A stretch of 64,000 bases of DNA. Source: Psammoneis japonica. Taxonomy: Eukaryota. The DNA lies in assembly GCA_008632985.1 (NCBI GenBank), contig QPGO01000256.1:1-64000 (forward strand), in the 5' to 3' direction. The notes below the pieces were generated by a model. That model saw nothing but the letters and a program-made list of their open reading frames with translations. It was not told the DNA's origin and searched no databases. The translations under genes were made by a program, and so were the position numbers. Shown one piece after another: positions 11,990 to 26,129 of this stretch. Numbering within the stretch: position 1 is the first letter of the stretch; every line of letters starts with the position of its first letter.

Positions 11990-13850
11990 GAACAGGTGGC
12001 GCTGATGGAGTCAACACATGACAATCTAGAAAAAGAACTGCACATCAAACTGCGGCATTCTCTCTGACGGTTTGCTTGTGGACAGTCGTGAAACATCAGG
12101 GTTGTTCTTCATGGGGGAATCAGAGTTCAAGGGCTGCATCTCTGGATTGTCGTCAGTCCACTGCTCCATCAATCCACTGCCAGAGCCATTGCTGTCTGTG
12201 GAGGTCCTTGGGCCAAATGGCATGATCAACATCATGCAAGCAACCGAGAGTGGCAAGCTACAAAGTGCAACTCTCTGCCACAGGCAATTCCAAAAGCAGT
12301 GGGTGGACAGCCATTGGGAGGCAGCAGTTGTCAAGCCATGAACAGAGTGCATCTTTTTGCCCTCTTCATCTGTTTCATCATGCTTTGAGACAAGTCCGGC
12401 ACCCAAAAAGCCAACACAAGATGGAATGGCTGTGGATGCTTGGGAAGCATCCCACTCCATGGGGCCACCAACAAAAGCAAAAGCAGAACAAATCAAAAAT
12501 GAACATGATCCCAGCACCACCACCACCACCATGGCACAAATGCCAGCAGGACGATCCGACTGGCATCACTCCCATCCAACAACACCACCAAGCAAAACCA
12601 AAACTGCCAAATGACATCCAAAGTTGCATTCCTGCTCAGTTGGAAACAAAAGCTCAATCCAATGCAGGTCCCAACATGGACAATCAACAAATCTTAGATT
12701 GGTGCATTCAATGTCATGACCAATGGGCAAACAACCAGCCATCTGCTTTTGCACATCTGAGAAATGCAATCAATCACACAGAGAGTTGCCAGATGTTTGA
12801 TCCCTGCTTTTTCTGCCAGTGACAGTTGAGCTGCCAACACATTGGTCACAATGAGCCACTGGGCCCTGTTGGGCATCAGGTGCTCTGAGACATCTTTGTC
12901 TTTTGTGCTGACAAACAACAAGCCAAGAAGCAGTGGGGACAAATTTTGCAGTCACAAGGAGTCAGAGCAATGTCACACTCCTCCACTTGCTCCTCACTGC
13001 ATTCAATGCATGAAGTGACATTGTCCATTGCCATTGCATTTTTGGTGCAATCCACTGGATCGGCAGTGAGATGTGCAGGGTTTCACATTCTCCAACTCAC
13101 CATTTTCAAAGTTCAAGTCTGCAGGATGTCCACACAAGTTGAAGTTTGATCACGCAAGCCAGCAAAATCAAAAATCATTCAACAGGCAGAGGATGTCACA
13201 ACTGCACATCAGATGAGAAGGCCCAGACCTTCCACATGTGGGTGGCCAAAGAACTGTTTGTGTTAAAGAGAGAGGCCAAGTGAGCGGATGTTTGTCCCAC
13301 TGTCACCGCATTGTGCACACATGTGAGAGCTCCTGCCAACAGAGATTGGGAGAAGCCAGTCCATTGTCTCAAGTGCATGAACCAAACAAGAAACAAAGTC
13401 ATCACTGCATCAAGCGCAAAGGATCTCGGAGTTGTCAAGTGGTGTGTGGGCGCATCGTTTGCACTGACTTCTTTGAGAGCCACACACTGAAAGAGTCATG
13501 AACGTGGGCAATGGAGCAGTGCAGGCCACCTTGAAGTGCCAGAAGCTCAGCACCCAAAGCAGCACAGAAGTCAAACTTGCTGGAGTCAGCAATGCCACAT
13601 GACTGTGATGCCATGTGGACGACGAAGCTGTTCTTGGAGGAGCACCGCTAGAAGGGGCATGGTTGACAAGAACATCCTGTCTTTCTCTCTAGAGAGGCCC
13701 TCCACTGCCAGGAGCTGCTCTCTACTGCTAGAGACAGCAGTTGCCACAAGTGCAAGCATGAGCAAACGGGTCTGTTCTTCGCCCAAGTGTAATTCGACAC
13801 AAATTGTTGGATTCAGGATTCCTGATGCTCAGCCCATTTGGGCGAAAAGG
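11990..13850. repeat. TpA/CpG-eroded degenerate block B (element family not identified)
   Basis: TA and CG are strongly depleted between two intact genes, and no intact ORF is present. Confidence 0.7.
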
Positions 13851-14013
13851 ATGTTTCAGCGCGACATCTGCGCGGTGGGGTGGCACCGGTTTGATTATTT
13901 TTGGCGCGTCTGCGAATGAATGAGGCAACGCATCATTGTTATTTGCATCAACATTGCTCCGCATCGCTCCTCTCAGAGTTGCTGTAACTCCTGTTTTCTC
14001 ACATATATGCAAC

Positions 14014-16871
14014 ATGTCGAACCACCAAGTGATTGATCTATGTACCGATGACGACGACGAGGAAGCTAGCAAAGATGAAGAACAGCGAAGACCGTCGCCC
14101 ACGTCTGTTGTTGCAGAAAGCTCGACTGCTAGTGCATGTATGTCTGCAAGCAAAGTCGATACCTCTGCAGTGGTGGACTTATGCGATAGCGACGATGATC
14201 TGGAACAAGCTACAGCAACGCCATTAACTAGCACTGCCACAACTCGATACAACAGAACGGCAAGTTCGCAAAGCAGCTCAACATTGCAATCTCGAAATCC
14301 TTACAAAACCCCCTCAAGCCGCAGCACGAGCCTTTCGAGTACATCGTCGTTTGCAAGAAAACCTCAAACAGAAGACAGTGACGACGACGATGATGAAGAA
14401 TTAAATGCTCTGCTGAATTACGGGGTGGTATTTTCAAAGAAACAAAGCTCAAAATCCGAAGATCCCATAGCTCTTCAAGTCGATCAAAATGAGTCGCCCG
14501 TTGTACAAAACCCGTATGCTCGTTCACCAGATACGACAGCTGTTTTGCCTTTGCCACCCTCTCCCGGGCCAAGAGTTTTGTTTCCGTATCCAGCGCTTCT
14601 TGCGAATTCCAAGACTTATGAGGTAAGGCAAAACCTCCGAATTGAACATCTGCATTCCTCTTTGAAGATCTCACCATGAATTTGCCTTATACTCTTTCTC
14701 TGTTTTAGGACTTACGCCCAAGACTCCTGTTGGCCTTTTGGAAGTATGCACGAAGCCAAGTGCACAACTCCTATGCTCAAAAGTCTCTGGATGCCATTTG
14801 CAAAGATGTTGTCTTTTTGGCAATCACGCCCTATCCTATTCGATCCTTGGAGGAGTTTTGCTACACGAACGCAAGTAGCGCTTCCACCAACAGGAATCGT
14901 GTTCAAGAGAAGCGAGAGATTCTGGAAAAGGGCGGCTTTTTAGACGAAGCCATTGCACGTCGCATTGCGACTCCAGTTAGCAGTCACTACAAAAAGTATT
15001 TTTCCATTACCGAAGCCTGCCTTGTTGCCATGCTGAAGGAGATTCAACGCCGTATGGAAGAAAAGGGAATGTCTGTAAGGATCCTTCATGACGAAGGCCA
15101 GCGCAAGAAAGTTTTTGCCGAAAAGGACATGTGGATTTCGTTGGAATGCTTAATTCCAATGATTGACAGCCGATTGCGCCCTGAATGTCCAGGGAAGCTC
15201 ACGCGCAAAAAGGACCACGACAATGGCGCCGCTCACTACACAGCTCGTACAACCAAATCGGCCGAGTTCTTGCAAGTGTCCAAGCTTGAGACCAAGCTTT
15301 CCAGAGGGCGTGGGGATGACGTGGATGATGACGGCGCAGAAGGCAGAATCAAATCTCACACGAGCCGTGGCAAGCGTTACTACGAGCTGACGAACTTTGG
15401 ATACAAGGCTGCCGTGTTTGTCATGAGTCGCTCATTTCCTCTCGCTCCGTCCCACTACAGATGCAGTCAAATCACGTACATGGACGAGGTACAAGAGCAG
15501 TACAAAGGAATATGTGTTGGCGTTGATAGTCGCGAGGGCGGAGGTGGTACAAAAGTTCTTCATGAAATGTGCAACAAGTTGGATATGAAGAAGGTTCCTT
15601 ACATTGTCGGGTCGCTCACCATTGGAGACTATGTTTTCTTTACTTCCGACGAAAGCAGTAATGACCCCTCCATGAACTTGCTGTGTCCCATTCTGGTGGA
15701 GCGTAAGTCAATTGAAGATGTGGCACAAAGTATTCATGACGGACGATGGACGCGACAGAAGCGCAGAATGTACGCCGGGCAGTATGTGTTCGGCTACGAG
15801 AACAGTCGAATGGTGTATATCATCGAAGGCAAGGAAGAAAGGCAGCAAGTGACTGGCGGTTACATTGGACACCGTCGTTTCAACGTCAATATGGATCGGC
15901 TGCAACAAGAAATCAACGACTTGAAGAATCAAGGGTTTCACGTTCTGCGGACGTCCTCGCCTGAAAATTCAATGTTCCAGCTAAGTCGATGGGCGGCACG
16001 AATTGCGCAAGAAATCAAGTCGAAAACACTTAAAGCCCAGTACACCTATGCTCAATTTAAAGAAGAGGTGCTGAAAATCGATCCTAATGTGGACTTCTCC
16101 CGTTTAGCCAGAGACGCGATGTCGAGAAAAAATGCAACGACAAGGCAAGACAGTCAAGAGACGCCTTCGAGACCCATCTTGTCCACAAAGCGAACCCTTC
16201 CAGCTTTATCAGGAGGTGGTTCCAACAGCATTCGTCGAGGTACTGGTGGTGAAATCGTTGACATTGAAGGCGTAGCCGCCAAGGCATCGTCTACCGGTAC
16301 ATCTTATAAGCGGGCAAAGAACACGAATGGCCCGACAAAGATCACTGTAAACTCTAGCTACGAAGGCTGGTCAGTGGCGCAGCTGAAAAGTGCTTGTAAG
16401 GCTGTCGGGCTCTCTACATCGGGGGCGAAAAATGATCTCATTTCGATGCTCAACGGTCCCCGCCCACCTCAGCTATGGTTGAAACGAAAACAGAGAGGCC
16501 AATACGTACCACAACGGCACAACGTTGCTGGCACTGCCCTTCTTGTTGCTTTGCTCTTGCACGAGGAAGCAGTTGAAGCTCGGAACGGCGAGGTTGTTGG
16601 AATGACCAAAGATGAGCTATACGTGAAAGCAGAAGAGCTCGAAATTACCAAGAATCCGTTCAGTGGAGGGACAACTCAAACCGGTCCGTATCACTACGAT
16701 GGATGGAGCTCCATGGGCCCTTTGTTGAAGGGCGACCCTCCTTTGGTTATCAGGTTTAAGAATCGGTACAAGCTTACAAGATCGTGTGATACCGCAGGTT
16801 ATAGCGTTGCCAGATCAATGCATTTGTGGTGCCACCAACACGGAAATTGTCCTTGCGGTGCAAACTTATGA
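14014..16871 (+). CDS. MUS81: MUS81-like structure-specific endonuclease (ERCC4 domain, SAP domain, C-terminal MUS81-type winged helix); exons 14014-14622, 14709-16871
   Basis: ERCC4 motifs VDSRE, GDY, VERKS..D...SI.DGR...QK and YIIEG. SAP-like 'WSVAQLKSACKAVGLSTSGAKNDLISML'. An 86-nt GT-AG intron gives an in-frame join. Orthology to MUS81 itself is not certain. Confidence 0.85.
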
Positions 16872-17265
16872 CTGCGCATTATTTGTTTCGGGAAAACAGC
16901 ATCAATGTTGTATTTGGGATAAAATTAGGTGTTAATGTGTGACGTACTGAAAATGACGTGCGCTCAGAGTGGCTCTACCGTCATTCATATTATGTTTCTT
17001 TTGCGTTGGACGTACCGGTGTGAAGCCCTACAACAAGTAGGCGCGTAAGCATAGTCGCTTCCTCCCTCCGAAGTTGGATCACAACATTATTTGAGGCGAT
17101 TGACAAGTTGCCGGGCCAATATGACTAAGATCTATTTTACAGGATGGGAGTGAACTTTGTCTAGTTCAACGCGGCAATCGATTGAAACTCAGAAGCATAC
17201 TTGCTGACTTTCATAGCGTCAACTTCATCCATAGTAACAAGGAATGACGATAAGTAGTGCTTCTT

Positions 17266-17760
17266 CTAATTGCCTTTGTCAGTTTCGCCTTGCGACTCCT
17301 CTGGAGCCTCGTCTACACCGCCCTCATGTTCGCGTACTTGTACTCCCATACTTCTGCATGTTCCAATCACCGAGTTTGCAATACCTTCCAAAGGTAGATG
17401 CCACCGATGATCATCCTGTTGTTTCACTTTGGCAATTTCATAAACCGCTTCTGGAGTGATAGTTCCTGAAACTACATCCGGACTCGGTGCGCTCGGTCCC
17501 TTCTCCATACCCGCCGCTTGCTTGATAAGCCAAGACGTTGGAGGAGATCTCACTTGAAACGTAAAGGTTCGATCCGACATGGCTGACAGTAAAACACCCA
17601 ATGGAGTGTCTCGTTTGTACTTGTCGGCTGTTGCGTCGTTGAATTGCTTGCAAAACTCTGCCATGTTGATGCCGAGCGGTCCCAAGGCCTGGCCAATCGC
17701 AGGACCAGGTTTTGCAGCACCAGCCGGAACACGGAGCTTAACATGACGAACAAATGACAT
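17266..17760 (-). CDS. MRPL11: Mitochondrial ribosomal protein uL11 (164 aa)
   Basis: 'VKLRVPAGAAKPGPAIGQALGPLGINMAEFCKQFN' and 'SVIGTCRSMGVQV' are uL11 signatures. ATG at 17760. Confidence 0.93.
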   Translation of the reverse strand: MSFVRHVKLRVPAGAAKPGPAIGQALGPLGINMAEFCKQFNDATADKYKRDTPLGVLLSAMSDRTFTFQVRSPPTSWLIKQAAGMEKGPSAPSPDVVSGTITPEAVYEIAKVKQQDDHRWHLPLEGIANSVIGTCRSMGVQVREHEGGVDEAPEESQGETDKGN

Positions 17761-19000
17761 GATTAGAATCGAAAAGGTTGCTGTTGTTGTAAGATGGAAG
17801 CAATGGTGAAATAGTCTAGCTCTACTAGAGTAGAGCCTAACTAGACCTAATAAGGTTGTACGTTGTACGGTCTGATACAGCGGTTTGGAGATTGGAGATT
17901 TGGAGGTGTGTGTGAGTTGCTTGTTGCGCGCGCGCGCGGCCAGGGGAATCGTCCCTCCGCCGCCCTCTACCGGCAGCAGCTCGCGATGCAATTCACACAT
18001 GCACTCTAACCGTCTCCGTGCAGGTGTGGAATCAAGCGCTGTTAGACTGGGGAACGTCTTTGGAAGTGAGACTGTTGAAGAAAGTTACGTAGAATTTGCA
18101 CTAAAAACAGTCTGTCAATCAGTGCGATTGGGGCATTTGGGAATGCTGGACAGATCCTGCCTGCGTGTTTTCTTGTGCTCACAAATCGCACTTGGGAAAA
18201 CCCCAAACGCGATCAGACCGCCTTCAATGATCTCACTTCCAAACATGCCCCCCATGCGCTAACTGTGCCAGGCAGTGGAACAACAGTGTGTGCAAACCGG
18301 AAGTCCACTGTCTTCACAAAAGACAATCTTGGACAGCCCTTGCGATGCCAGTTTTTTGTGTTGCTCCTCAATCTTCGCCTCCCACTGGCCAGTGCAATGA
18401 GGCACTCCTCAAGCACATTCAGCACTTGTGCTTCAAGGTCTGATGGGCACCTCTGCTCAAGGCAGGAACTTGCACCCAACTGTGTTCAAATAATTTGATT
18501 GCTTTGATTGGCTTGATTGCTTTGATTGATTTCCTGGCCTGGAGTTTGCCCACCCAAGAGGCATTGAGAGACAGATGATGTGAAGAGTCAAACTCTGGAC
18601 CTTTGAGACCATCCTTTGTAAAGACAATGGACTTGCAGGTCTTGTGCACCACTGTTCCACACAGCTGGTCGAAAGAGAAGAGGGCATCTGAGCACTCAGA
18701 GAAATCGTCAGCATGTCCTTGGGGTCAACTGTCTTGGCCAAAATGGGAGCAGCTTCGACCATGGTGCTCTCCCTCTCTGCCAAAGAAGCAGGAGTGAAAG
18801 TGACGTGCCTGTCAACAGGAACACACCACATGCCACTGTGGGCCAGTTCATGGGGGTGTGAGGGAGCATCAGTGGGCTCAGTCATCGTCTGCTCGGGGGG
18901 TCCAAGCGGAAGACTGGAGGGGGTGTGTCTGTGAAAGCAGAGAGATTTGCAGAGGTGGTGGCATCATTGGCAGGAGAATGTCTGTTGGTGTGTTGATTCA

Positions 19001-20400
19001 TCAAATGACCTTGATGCATTCCCGTCTTGCCCATTTCCTTGTTGACACACTTGTCACACCAATGCCAGGTGTTGCCTTTCTCTCATCCTGGAAGGTGGGG
19101 CCTTTGTTGACAAAGGACCATGCGGTCTTGGAAGGTTTCCCAGCTGTGGTTGGCTTGTCTGCTTCCTTGTCCATCAGCGCATCCTTGAGTTTCTCACCTG
19201 CCTTGACCTTCTGGTCTTTCTTGCACTGATCCTCACAGGCAGGACATGTGTGTTTGGTGCACCCGGCTGCACCACAGCCACAGCAATGCTTCGCCTTGAG
19301 AGGTTGGTTGGGAGCATGGTTGGATTGAGGCAGTTCAGCAGCTGGGACAGGCCAATCCTCATCACTGACAAGCTCACCATGGGTCCAGGTGATCCAACAA
19401 ACAAGACCGACTGGTCCAAGAGACACACAGTCAGCATCCTTTGGTGCCTCTGCAAGGTCGTTGAAATGACACTTGCACTCTAAGGCCTTGACAAGGTCCA
19501 GCTTGGCAAAGACTTGACAGTTGAAAAACTTGGAGGACATCTTGGATGCCTTGGTTAAAATGGTGAAACCAATTTCAACTGGTGGGGCATGGCCTGTCTG
19601 CATGATCTTCAGCAGGCAAAAAGCTTCAGTTGTTGCAATCATGGTGCATTCCTCCCCGGGGCAGGAGTCAAACATCAGATCCTTGAGTTTCTCCTTTGCA
19701 GACTTAACGTCATTGAGAGCACTTGCGTTGCACATGTCAAGCTCACAAGGAACAGTGCAGAGCCTGGCAATTTTGTGAAGTCCGAGACATGACTGAACTT
19801 GACTTCAATCTTCTTGCAAAAAGCTTCCAACACATGAGGCTTGACAAGGAGTTGGGTCAGACCAATGTTGTCCAGCTTGCATGCACTGGTCACAAGCTTT
19901 GTCACCCAAAGTTGACACTTGCAAGTTTCATGATCTTTCACAATGTCATTGACGGTGAATGCACGGAGGTTGTTAAAAAGACACATGGCTGAACTGTTGC
20001 TCTTCTTGACTTGACAAGGTCTTGGATGGTCTTCACAAAGTGATCCTTGTCCACCTTGGTTTCAGAGCTGTTGAGTAACTCAACATCACCACTGAACTTT
20101 GAAGCAGTTGTGAGGCAAGTTGGTCTCAAAGAGAATGCTCAATGGAGTTGACCGCCCTGGGATGGCAATGCTGAGATGTGCAGCTGCAGGTGTGGGAGTC
20201 TTCCTGTTTGCAATGCTTGTCCAGAAGAGAGCCACCATGGTGCACGCCATGGGACACACATGCATTCCTCAGTGCACAGGCATTGGAAGCATGGAAAATG
20301 CATTGGATGCATTCACAGCCACAAAAAACTGTTGGATGACAGCCAGATCCATTGCTGCAGCAGGGCAAGGAGCAGTCACAGCAGGAGGAGCAGGAGGAGT
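19001..20400 (-). mobile_element. Ty1/copia gag remnant with eroded zinc knuckle
   Basis: 'DSCPGEE...LKIMQTGHAPP...FFNCQVF...LGPVGL...HGELV..EDWP' followed by 'CCGCGAAGCTKHTCP', which has CX2CX4(H)X4C spacing. Confidence 0.65.
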
Positions 20401-23396
20401 GGACATGGTTCTGGATGACAAGTTGACACAGAAGATTGATTGTGGAGTTTCGACATGGAAGATCACCATCGGATCACAACACAGAAGATTGCTTTGGATG
20501 GGATGTCATCCAAGGATGATCAAGCAGCAGCAACTCCATCACAAGTTGACACCAGTGTGTTGTTGGGGTCGCAACTGCTTGGGACACAACAATGCACAGT
20601 GCAGGGGAGAGAGGAGGACTCTCTTCAGGTTGCACAACATGCACAGAGGATGATGAACAGCTGTGGGGGACAACAAAATGTTCTAAAGATGCAAATTGTG
20701 AGAAGATCTCACGGTGGTTTGGAGAGGACACTCAGACCTGATGGTCAGTTGTGTCACATGTCCTCCAGAGCCAAGCTCCTCAAAGTCACATTGGTGCTGC
20801 TGCAAGATGACCAAGTGTCCTCATTCAGCCATGCTTCAGTCCAAAGACATCCTGTCATCTCAAATGAACAAGTTGCTGGTCAGGAAAAGAGCTTGTCAAA
20901 GTCAAATGGATGATGCCAGAACTGCTCAGGCAGAAGCAGAGCAACGTGAGAAAATGAAGATGCTGGCTAGATGTGTGGCAAGGAAGCCAACACCTCCAAA
21001 TGAAACAACTCATGTTGCAAGCAGGCCAATGCCGCCAAACAAACCAACTCACTTTTCCATGCAATTTGGGTCCAAATTGTGCTCCCATCTGCCACCTTGC
21101 TGTGTGTGCATGCAACATGCAGTGCACTTTGCTGGTTGCTTCTGCCCCTGTTGCCGTTGCACATGACCCCACCAAGGACAGCTTGAGCCACAACAGCCAG
21201 TGCACAAATGGTCAATGCCACCATTTTGGGTGCAACAACATAAATTCAGCAGCCGCTCATGACAAAAACAAGCCATCCAATCAACCATGGGCATCTCTTG
21301 CCACTTCCAAAGGACAAAGTGCCTTTCCGTTGGTCTCAGACAAGTGTCTTGCACACACCCTGGGCTCACGTGATGCATTTGTTGATTCTCTGCACACCAT
21401 TGCAACTGCCAGGACTGTGGACAGATTCATTTGAGATGTCGGCAAGAGAGCCAAAAACTCTCGAGCAACTCAAAGACAGTGACACAACTGGCTTCTGCCA
21501 TTTCCACAGTCAGCTTCAAACATCAGTGTCAACAACAAAGCACTCACTGCATCATGTTTGGTGTTGCACGCTTCCTTTTTTGGGCTTGCTGGTCCAAGTG
21601 GTGGCATGTGATCTTCATGAAGCAATCCAAAATGAGCAGTCTTCACATGGCGGGGAATGTCAGATAAAAACATGGCCAAGCCATGCAGGAGCTGTCCGAT
21701 TGCTTTTTGTTCAGATTGGTTCAACCAGTGATTTGCTGCAATTGCCCAAGCACTTGGTGGCAGCAAATTCCGAGGACAGGTCACACACAGGGCAAGGTGT
21801 TGTCCCTTTTTCAACAATTTCTGCAACACTGGCACGCCAGTGTTGGAGAAATCTGTCAAGGTGATGGCACCTTCATTTTCCAACTTCCCCCCCCCCCTCA
21901 ACTGTTGTGTTTGCCTTGCGAGACCACTCACAATTTTTCAGGTTGGGCATTCTTGCTGCAAGAGACAGCTTGCGGCTTGCCAGATTTTTAGTCATGTTGT
22001 CGGTGGAGCTGCAATTCACCGGCACCCAACTTGGTGCACAATGATTTGCAGTGGTGTCCAAGCTCCAATTGAGATGAATCTGCTCGAGCAAAATTGTGGT
22101 TGGCACCCATTGGACTTGTCAGACAAATGCACCTTTGGCACTCCATTTTCATTGAGTTGTGAAAAGGGGATGGGAGTGTCTTTGGGAATGCAGTCCTGGC
22201 CCTCATTGCATCAGCCATCACCAATCGACTGTGTGACAATACACGTTGTCTCCTCACCATTTGTCACAGGCAGCTGCAGCTTGGCAGAGATGCTCTTGAT
22301 GACCATTGCCATGAAGTCCTTGTTGGGAAATGTCAAACCCAGCCAACCGGAGCTTCTTCATTCCTGTGTCACTGCCCGGACAAGTCATGTTCAGAACATT
22401 GACATTGAATTCTTTTGCAAGGGTGGCACAGGCACTGACCACCTTTTGAGACTTTGGATCTTGCACACCGGCCACTTTGGAAATTATTTTCTTGATGAGT
22501 TTCTTGTGTGCAACATGGGGGTGGAAACATTGCGGAATGGGGGCACAATCATGTGCAACTTGCAACATGCGTTGTCAACACTGTAATCCATCACAGGGTG
22601 AGACTGTGTCAACTGGAATCATGCACCACCAACCTTTTCACCATCCAAGTCATGGTGCCCATCAAAGGACAGGAATTCATGTCCCAGGAACCTGCAGCAC
22701 TCATTGGTGCACAACCAACCAGGGCCAATTGAGCAGCTCCAACCCCAGCAACAAACGCAACCGTGTGTGAGAGGAGCCAATGACTTTGATCAACTTGACA
22801 ACATGTGAAGGACCACACTCACCTCCATGCAATTGCAATGAAACATTTCACAGCAGCAGGCATTGTTGGAGAATGCATGAAAACAATGAATCATTTCCAG
22901 AAACAGGAAACCCAACACTGCACAACTGTCCTTGGCCAGTGCATTGGAGATTCTGAGAATCTCATCAAACAGTGACACCATTTGGACCAAGGGTTGGCAA
23001 TGAACAGGTGTTGTCTTGACCAAAACACTGTCAGGACAGTGGAGAGCTGCACAACCACCTTGCATCATGCAGGTGGCAGCTGGTTGTGCTCTGGTGGATC
23101 AAGCAATCACTCACCTTGCCAAAAATTCCCATCCGTTCACAACAGTCAGACACAGATTTTTTCCAACCCTCCATCATCACAGCCGTCACCATCACATTGG
23201 TGTGTTTGCACACAAATGTTTTCCATGTGTCACACAAGTCACTTGAAAAACAGCATCCCTGTGAGTCGGTGTGACAATTTGGCCTGTCTGGTCCAATGTG
23301 TGACCCATCATTTTTGTGCATCACAAAGTCAAATGAAACAAACTCAAGGTCCACCCAATCATGGATCTTCATGACAAAGTCTTTCCTTCTTGCAGG

Positions 23397-23595
23397 AAAC
23401 CAGGTTTCATCAATGAATGATTCATCAGAAAGGAGTGCAGAGTGAGCTCTCTTGCAAAGGTCATTGAATGCCAACATCAAAGAAGTGCACCAGGCAAAAC
23501 CGGGTTTCATCAATGAGTGATTCATTGGGAAGGAATGCAGAGTGAGCTCTCTTGCAAAGGTCATTGACTGCCAACATCAAAGAAGTGCACCAGGC
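23397..23595. repeat. Tandem duplication, ~100 bp unit x2
   Basis: Both units contain gtttcatcaatga.tgattcat...gcagagtgagctctcttgcaaaggtcattga.tgccaacatcaaagaagtgcaccaggca. Confidence 0.9.
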
Positions 23596-26129
23596 AGCTC
23601 CAGTCTTGAACCCTGGATGCGCAATCCCATCTTTGTTGCAATCAACACATTGGTCCCCACAAACTCCAACAGCAAATCCTCGGTTGCCCCTTGGGCCGCA
23701 TTCTGCCACAAATTTGTTCCGAGGATCCAACTCATTGTCCTTCACCATAACATCACACCACACAGATTCAAGATCAAGTGACCGGATGTCATCCTTAAAG
23801 GTCTCCTCACCAACCAATGCAAACGCCACACCCCCCCATTGCTTCAATGTGTTGTGCTTCTCAGCTTTTACCTCCGTGCATTGAACATCCAAGCAATCAC
23901 ATTTCAACTTGCAATTGTTGAGCATCGAATCACACAAAGTAAAATGAGGTGAGCACTCAAGCTTGTTTGCCATCACAGAGCCATGATCAGCTCTCTCACA
24001 TGCCAAGACATGCTTTTGTTTGCACTCATTCTTCGAGCACAGCACAGATGTCAGGAAACTTGTGCTGACAATTCTTGACTTGGCTTTCATCCTCCAGAAA
24101 GAAGCTGGGAAGAAAGTCGTGCTGACAGTTTGCTTTGCACTTCTTTTGCTTGGCAGCCTTGGCTTCCTCTGACTCCTCTTCCTCCAAGGGCTGCATCGGT
24201 GGCTTGGGATGCAGTGCATCAAGCTCCTCTTTTGCACATTGCCAAAAGACTGTGTGAGTTGAGTGGAGACATTGAAACCTCTGCTGTCATGATGGGGTTG
24301 CTCTTCATCTCTTTGCAGGTGTGCTTTTCAGTTGCTTTCTTGTGACGGTGCCAGGGGCTTGTGATGCAGCCACAGTTTGCTTTGTCACTTGACAGCCTTG
24401 GCTTTTCTTCCAATTCACAGGCTGCCAGCTCTTGCTCTGAGGGCTGCATTGGTGGCTGGCTTCAGATGCAGTGCATCAAGCTCCTCTTTTGCATGTTGCT
24501 CAAAGACAGTGTGAGTCAAGTGGAGATGTCGAAACCTCTGCTGTTGTGCTTGCTTGCTTTGCATCAATGTGGCACTGTTCTTTGCTTTCTGCTTCAATGC
24601 TGTTGGCATTGCACTGGCATTGTCAAGCATGGCAACCTTGCACAGGCGGTTTGTCAGAGAACCGCTGGGCAAGGGGTGGGAGTCAAGTGATGCAAGGGCA
24701 AGCAAAGGCAATCCGCCCACGGCAATGCTGCGTTTGAATGTTTTGCCTGGATTTGCTGTGGCTGCAACAGGAGAATCTGAATCTGATCCAACATCTCACG
24801 TGAAGTGCCTTCTGGCAATGCAGCGGTGATGGGTGCAGATGCAGGGCTGGCCATTGTTGCACATTGCTGCTGTTGCTGCAAGATTTCATGAGAGCGGCTC
24901 TTGTGTTGCGAGTCGCTCATTTTTCTGCCACGGGATGATTTCTGGCATGAATCCCATGTTGAGTTTCAAGTTGCAACAGACTGTTTGAGGTCAAAACTTT
25001 TGAAATCACTTTTTTCTTGATTTGAGGGGCTTGCTTCGTGCAAGAGGAACAAAAAGCGAGATGACCTGGTGCAGGCATTTGTGGGCAATTCACCTGTTTG
25101 CAAGACAACAGAAATGTGCCCCATCTTTGTCCTGCACAAATCCTTTTTCTTCCTCTTTCATCCAGAGAAAGCAACAGTGCTGCCAGCTGGGCTCAACCTC
25201 TCAAAATGGGGGGTGCAGGCACCATGTGCAAGACAACAGAATCACACTCAGTCTTTGCTCCTCTTTCATCCAGAGAAAGCAACAGTGCTGCCAGCTGGGC
25301 TCAACCTCTCAAAATGGGAGGTGCGGGCACCACATGCTCGAGAACAAACAACGGCCACATTCTGAGCAACAGGGCAGCCAACATCTTTGCAGGAGCATTG
25401 TGCAAAATGAGCAAAAAGGTTGCCATCCACCAAATTTGACAGCTTGCTTGATTTGACTGCATCGAACATTTGCTGCTGGCTGGCAAACTTTGCCCTGGCC
25501 CCAACCCATTGTCTTTTTTCATCCCAGGCATTTTCAAAAATCTTTTGCAGCTTTTGTTCAGTGCCCAGCACTCAACACACATTTGACTGCAAACAAGTCC
25601 CTTTTCTTGCCATGTTCAATGTGGAGATCACTGAATTTGCAATGCATCAACGTCAGCAAGGAAGGACATTTGAGTCACAGACACACTTCCACAGCTTGGT
25701 TTTGCTCTTGTTCAACCCAAATTGTCCCCTGCTTCAAAGGATGCCATGGAGCTGCAACCATGCTGCAGCAGACAAAAGCGCCGACTGTCAGTGCACCAGC
25801 ATCTGTTTCACACCAGCACACTCACACAAAGCAAAGGAGACCAGCTCAACTTGGTGGCAGGCTCAGCAAGGGAGCTGGAGAGTGTCACCACATCAGAGAT
25901 GATCTTGCACTCCTCTTCTTCCTGGCTGGTGAAAGCCTTGATGCTGAGTGGCTTGCAAGATGAGCTCTTGAAGCAGTGCGTCTAAATTGTTGTTGTGGTT
26001 GCTGCCCCACTTCTTGACATCGCCAAGCTTCTTGAGGTCCACATGTTTCTGGCCTTCATTGCAGGCAGCGAGGTTGGCAAGGGCGCACATTTCTTCCTGG
26101 CTGTCCATGACTTCCTCCACGAGCTGGAC

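Noticed and set aside
11820..12010. LTR end plus primer-binding site (…AACA GGTGGCGC…)
   Set aside because: Suggestive only. There is no partner LTR or recognisable gag downstream, and the tRNA match could not be checked.
17761..18000. 80-aa N-terminal extension of uL11 in the ORF track
   Set aside because: Homology begins at MSFVRHVKL (17760). The extension looks like UTR/promoter sequence, though a targeting peptide cannot be fully excluded.
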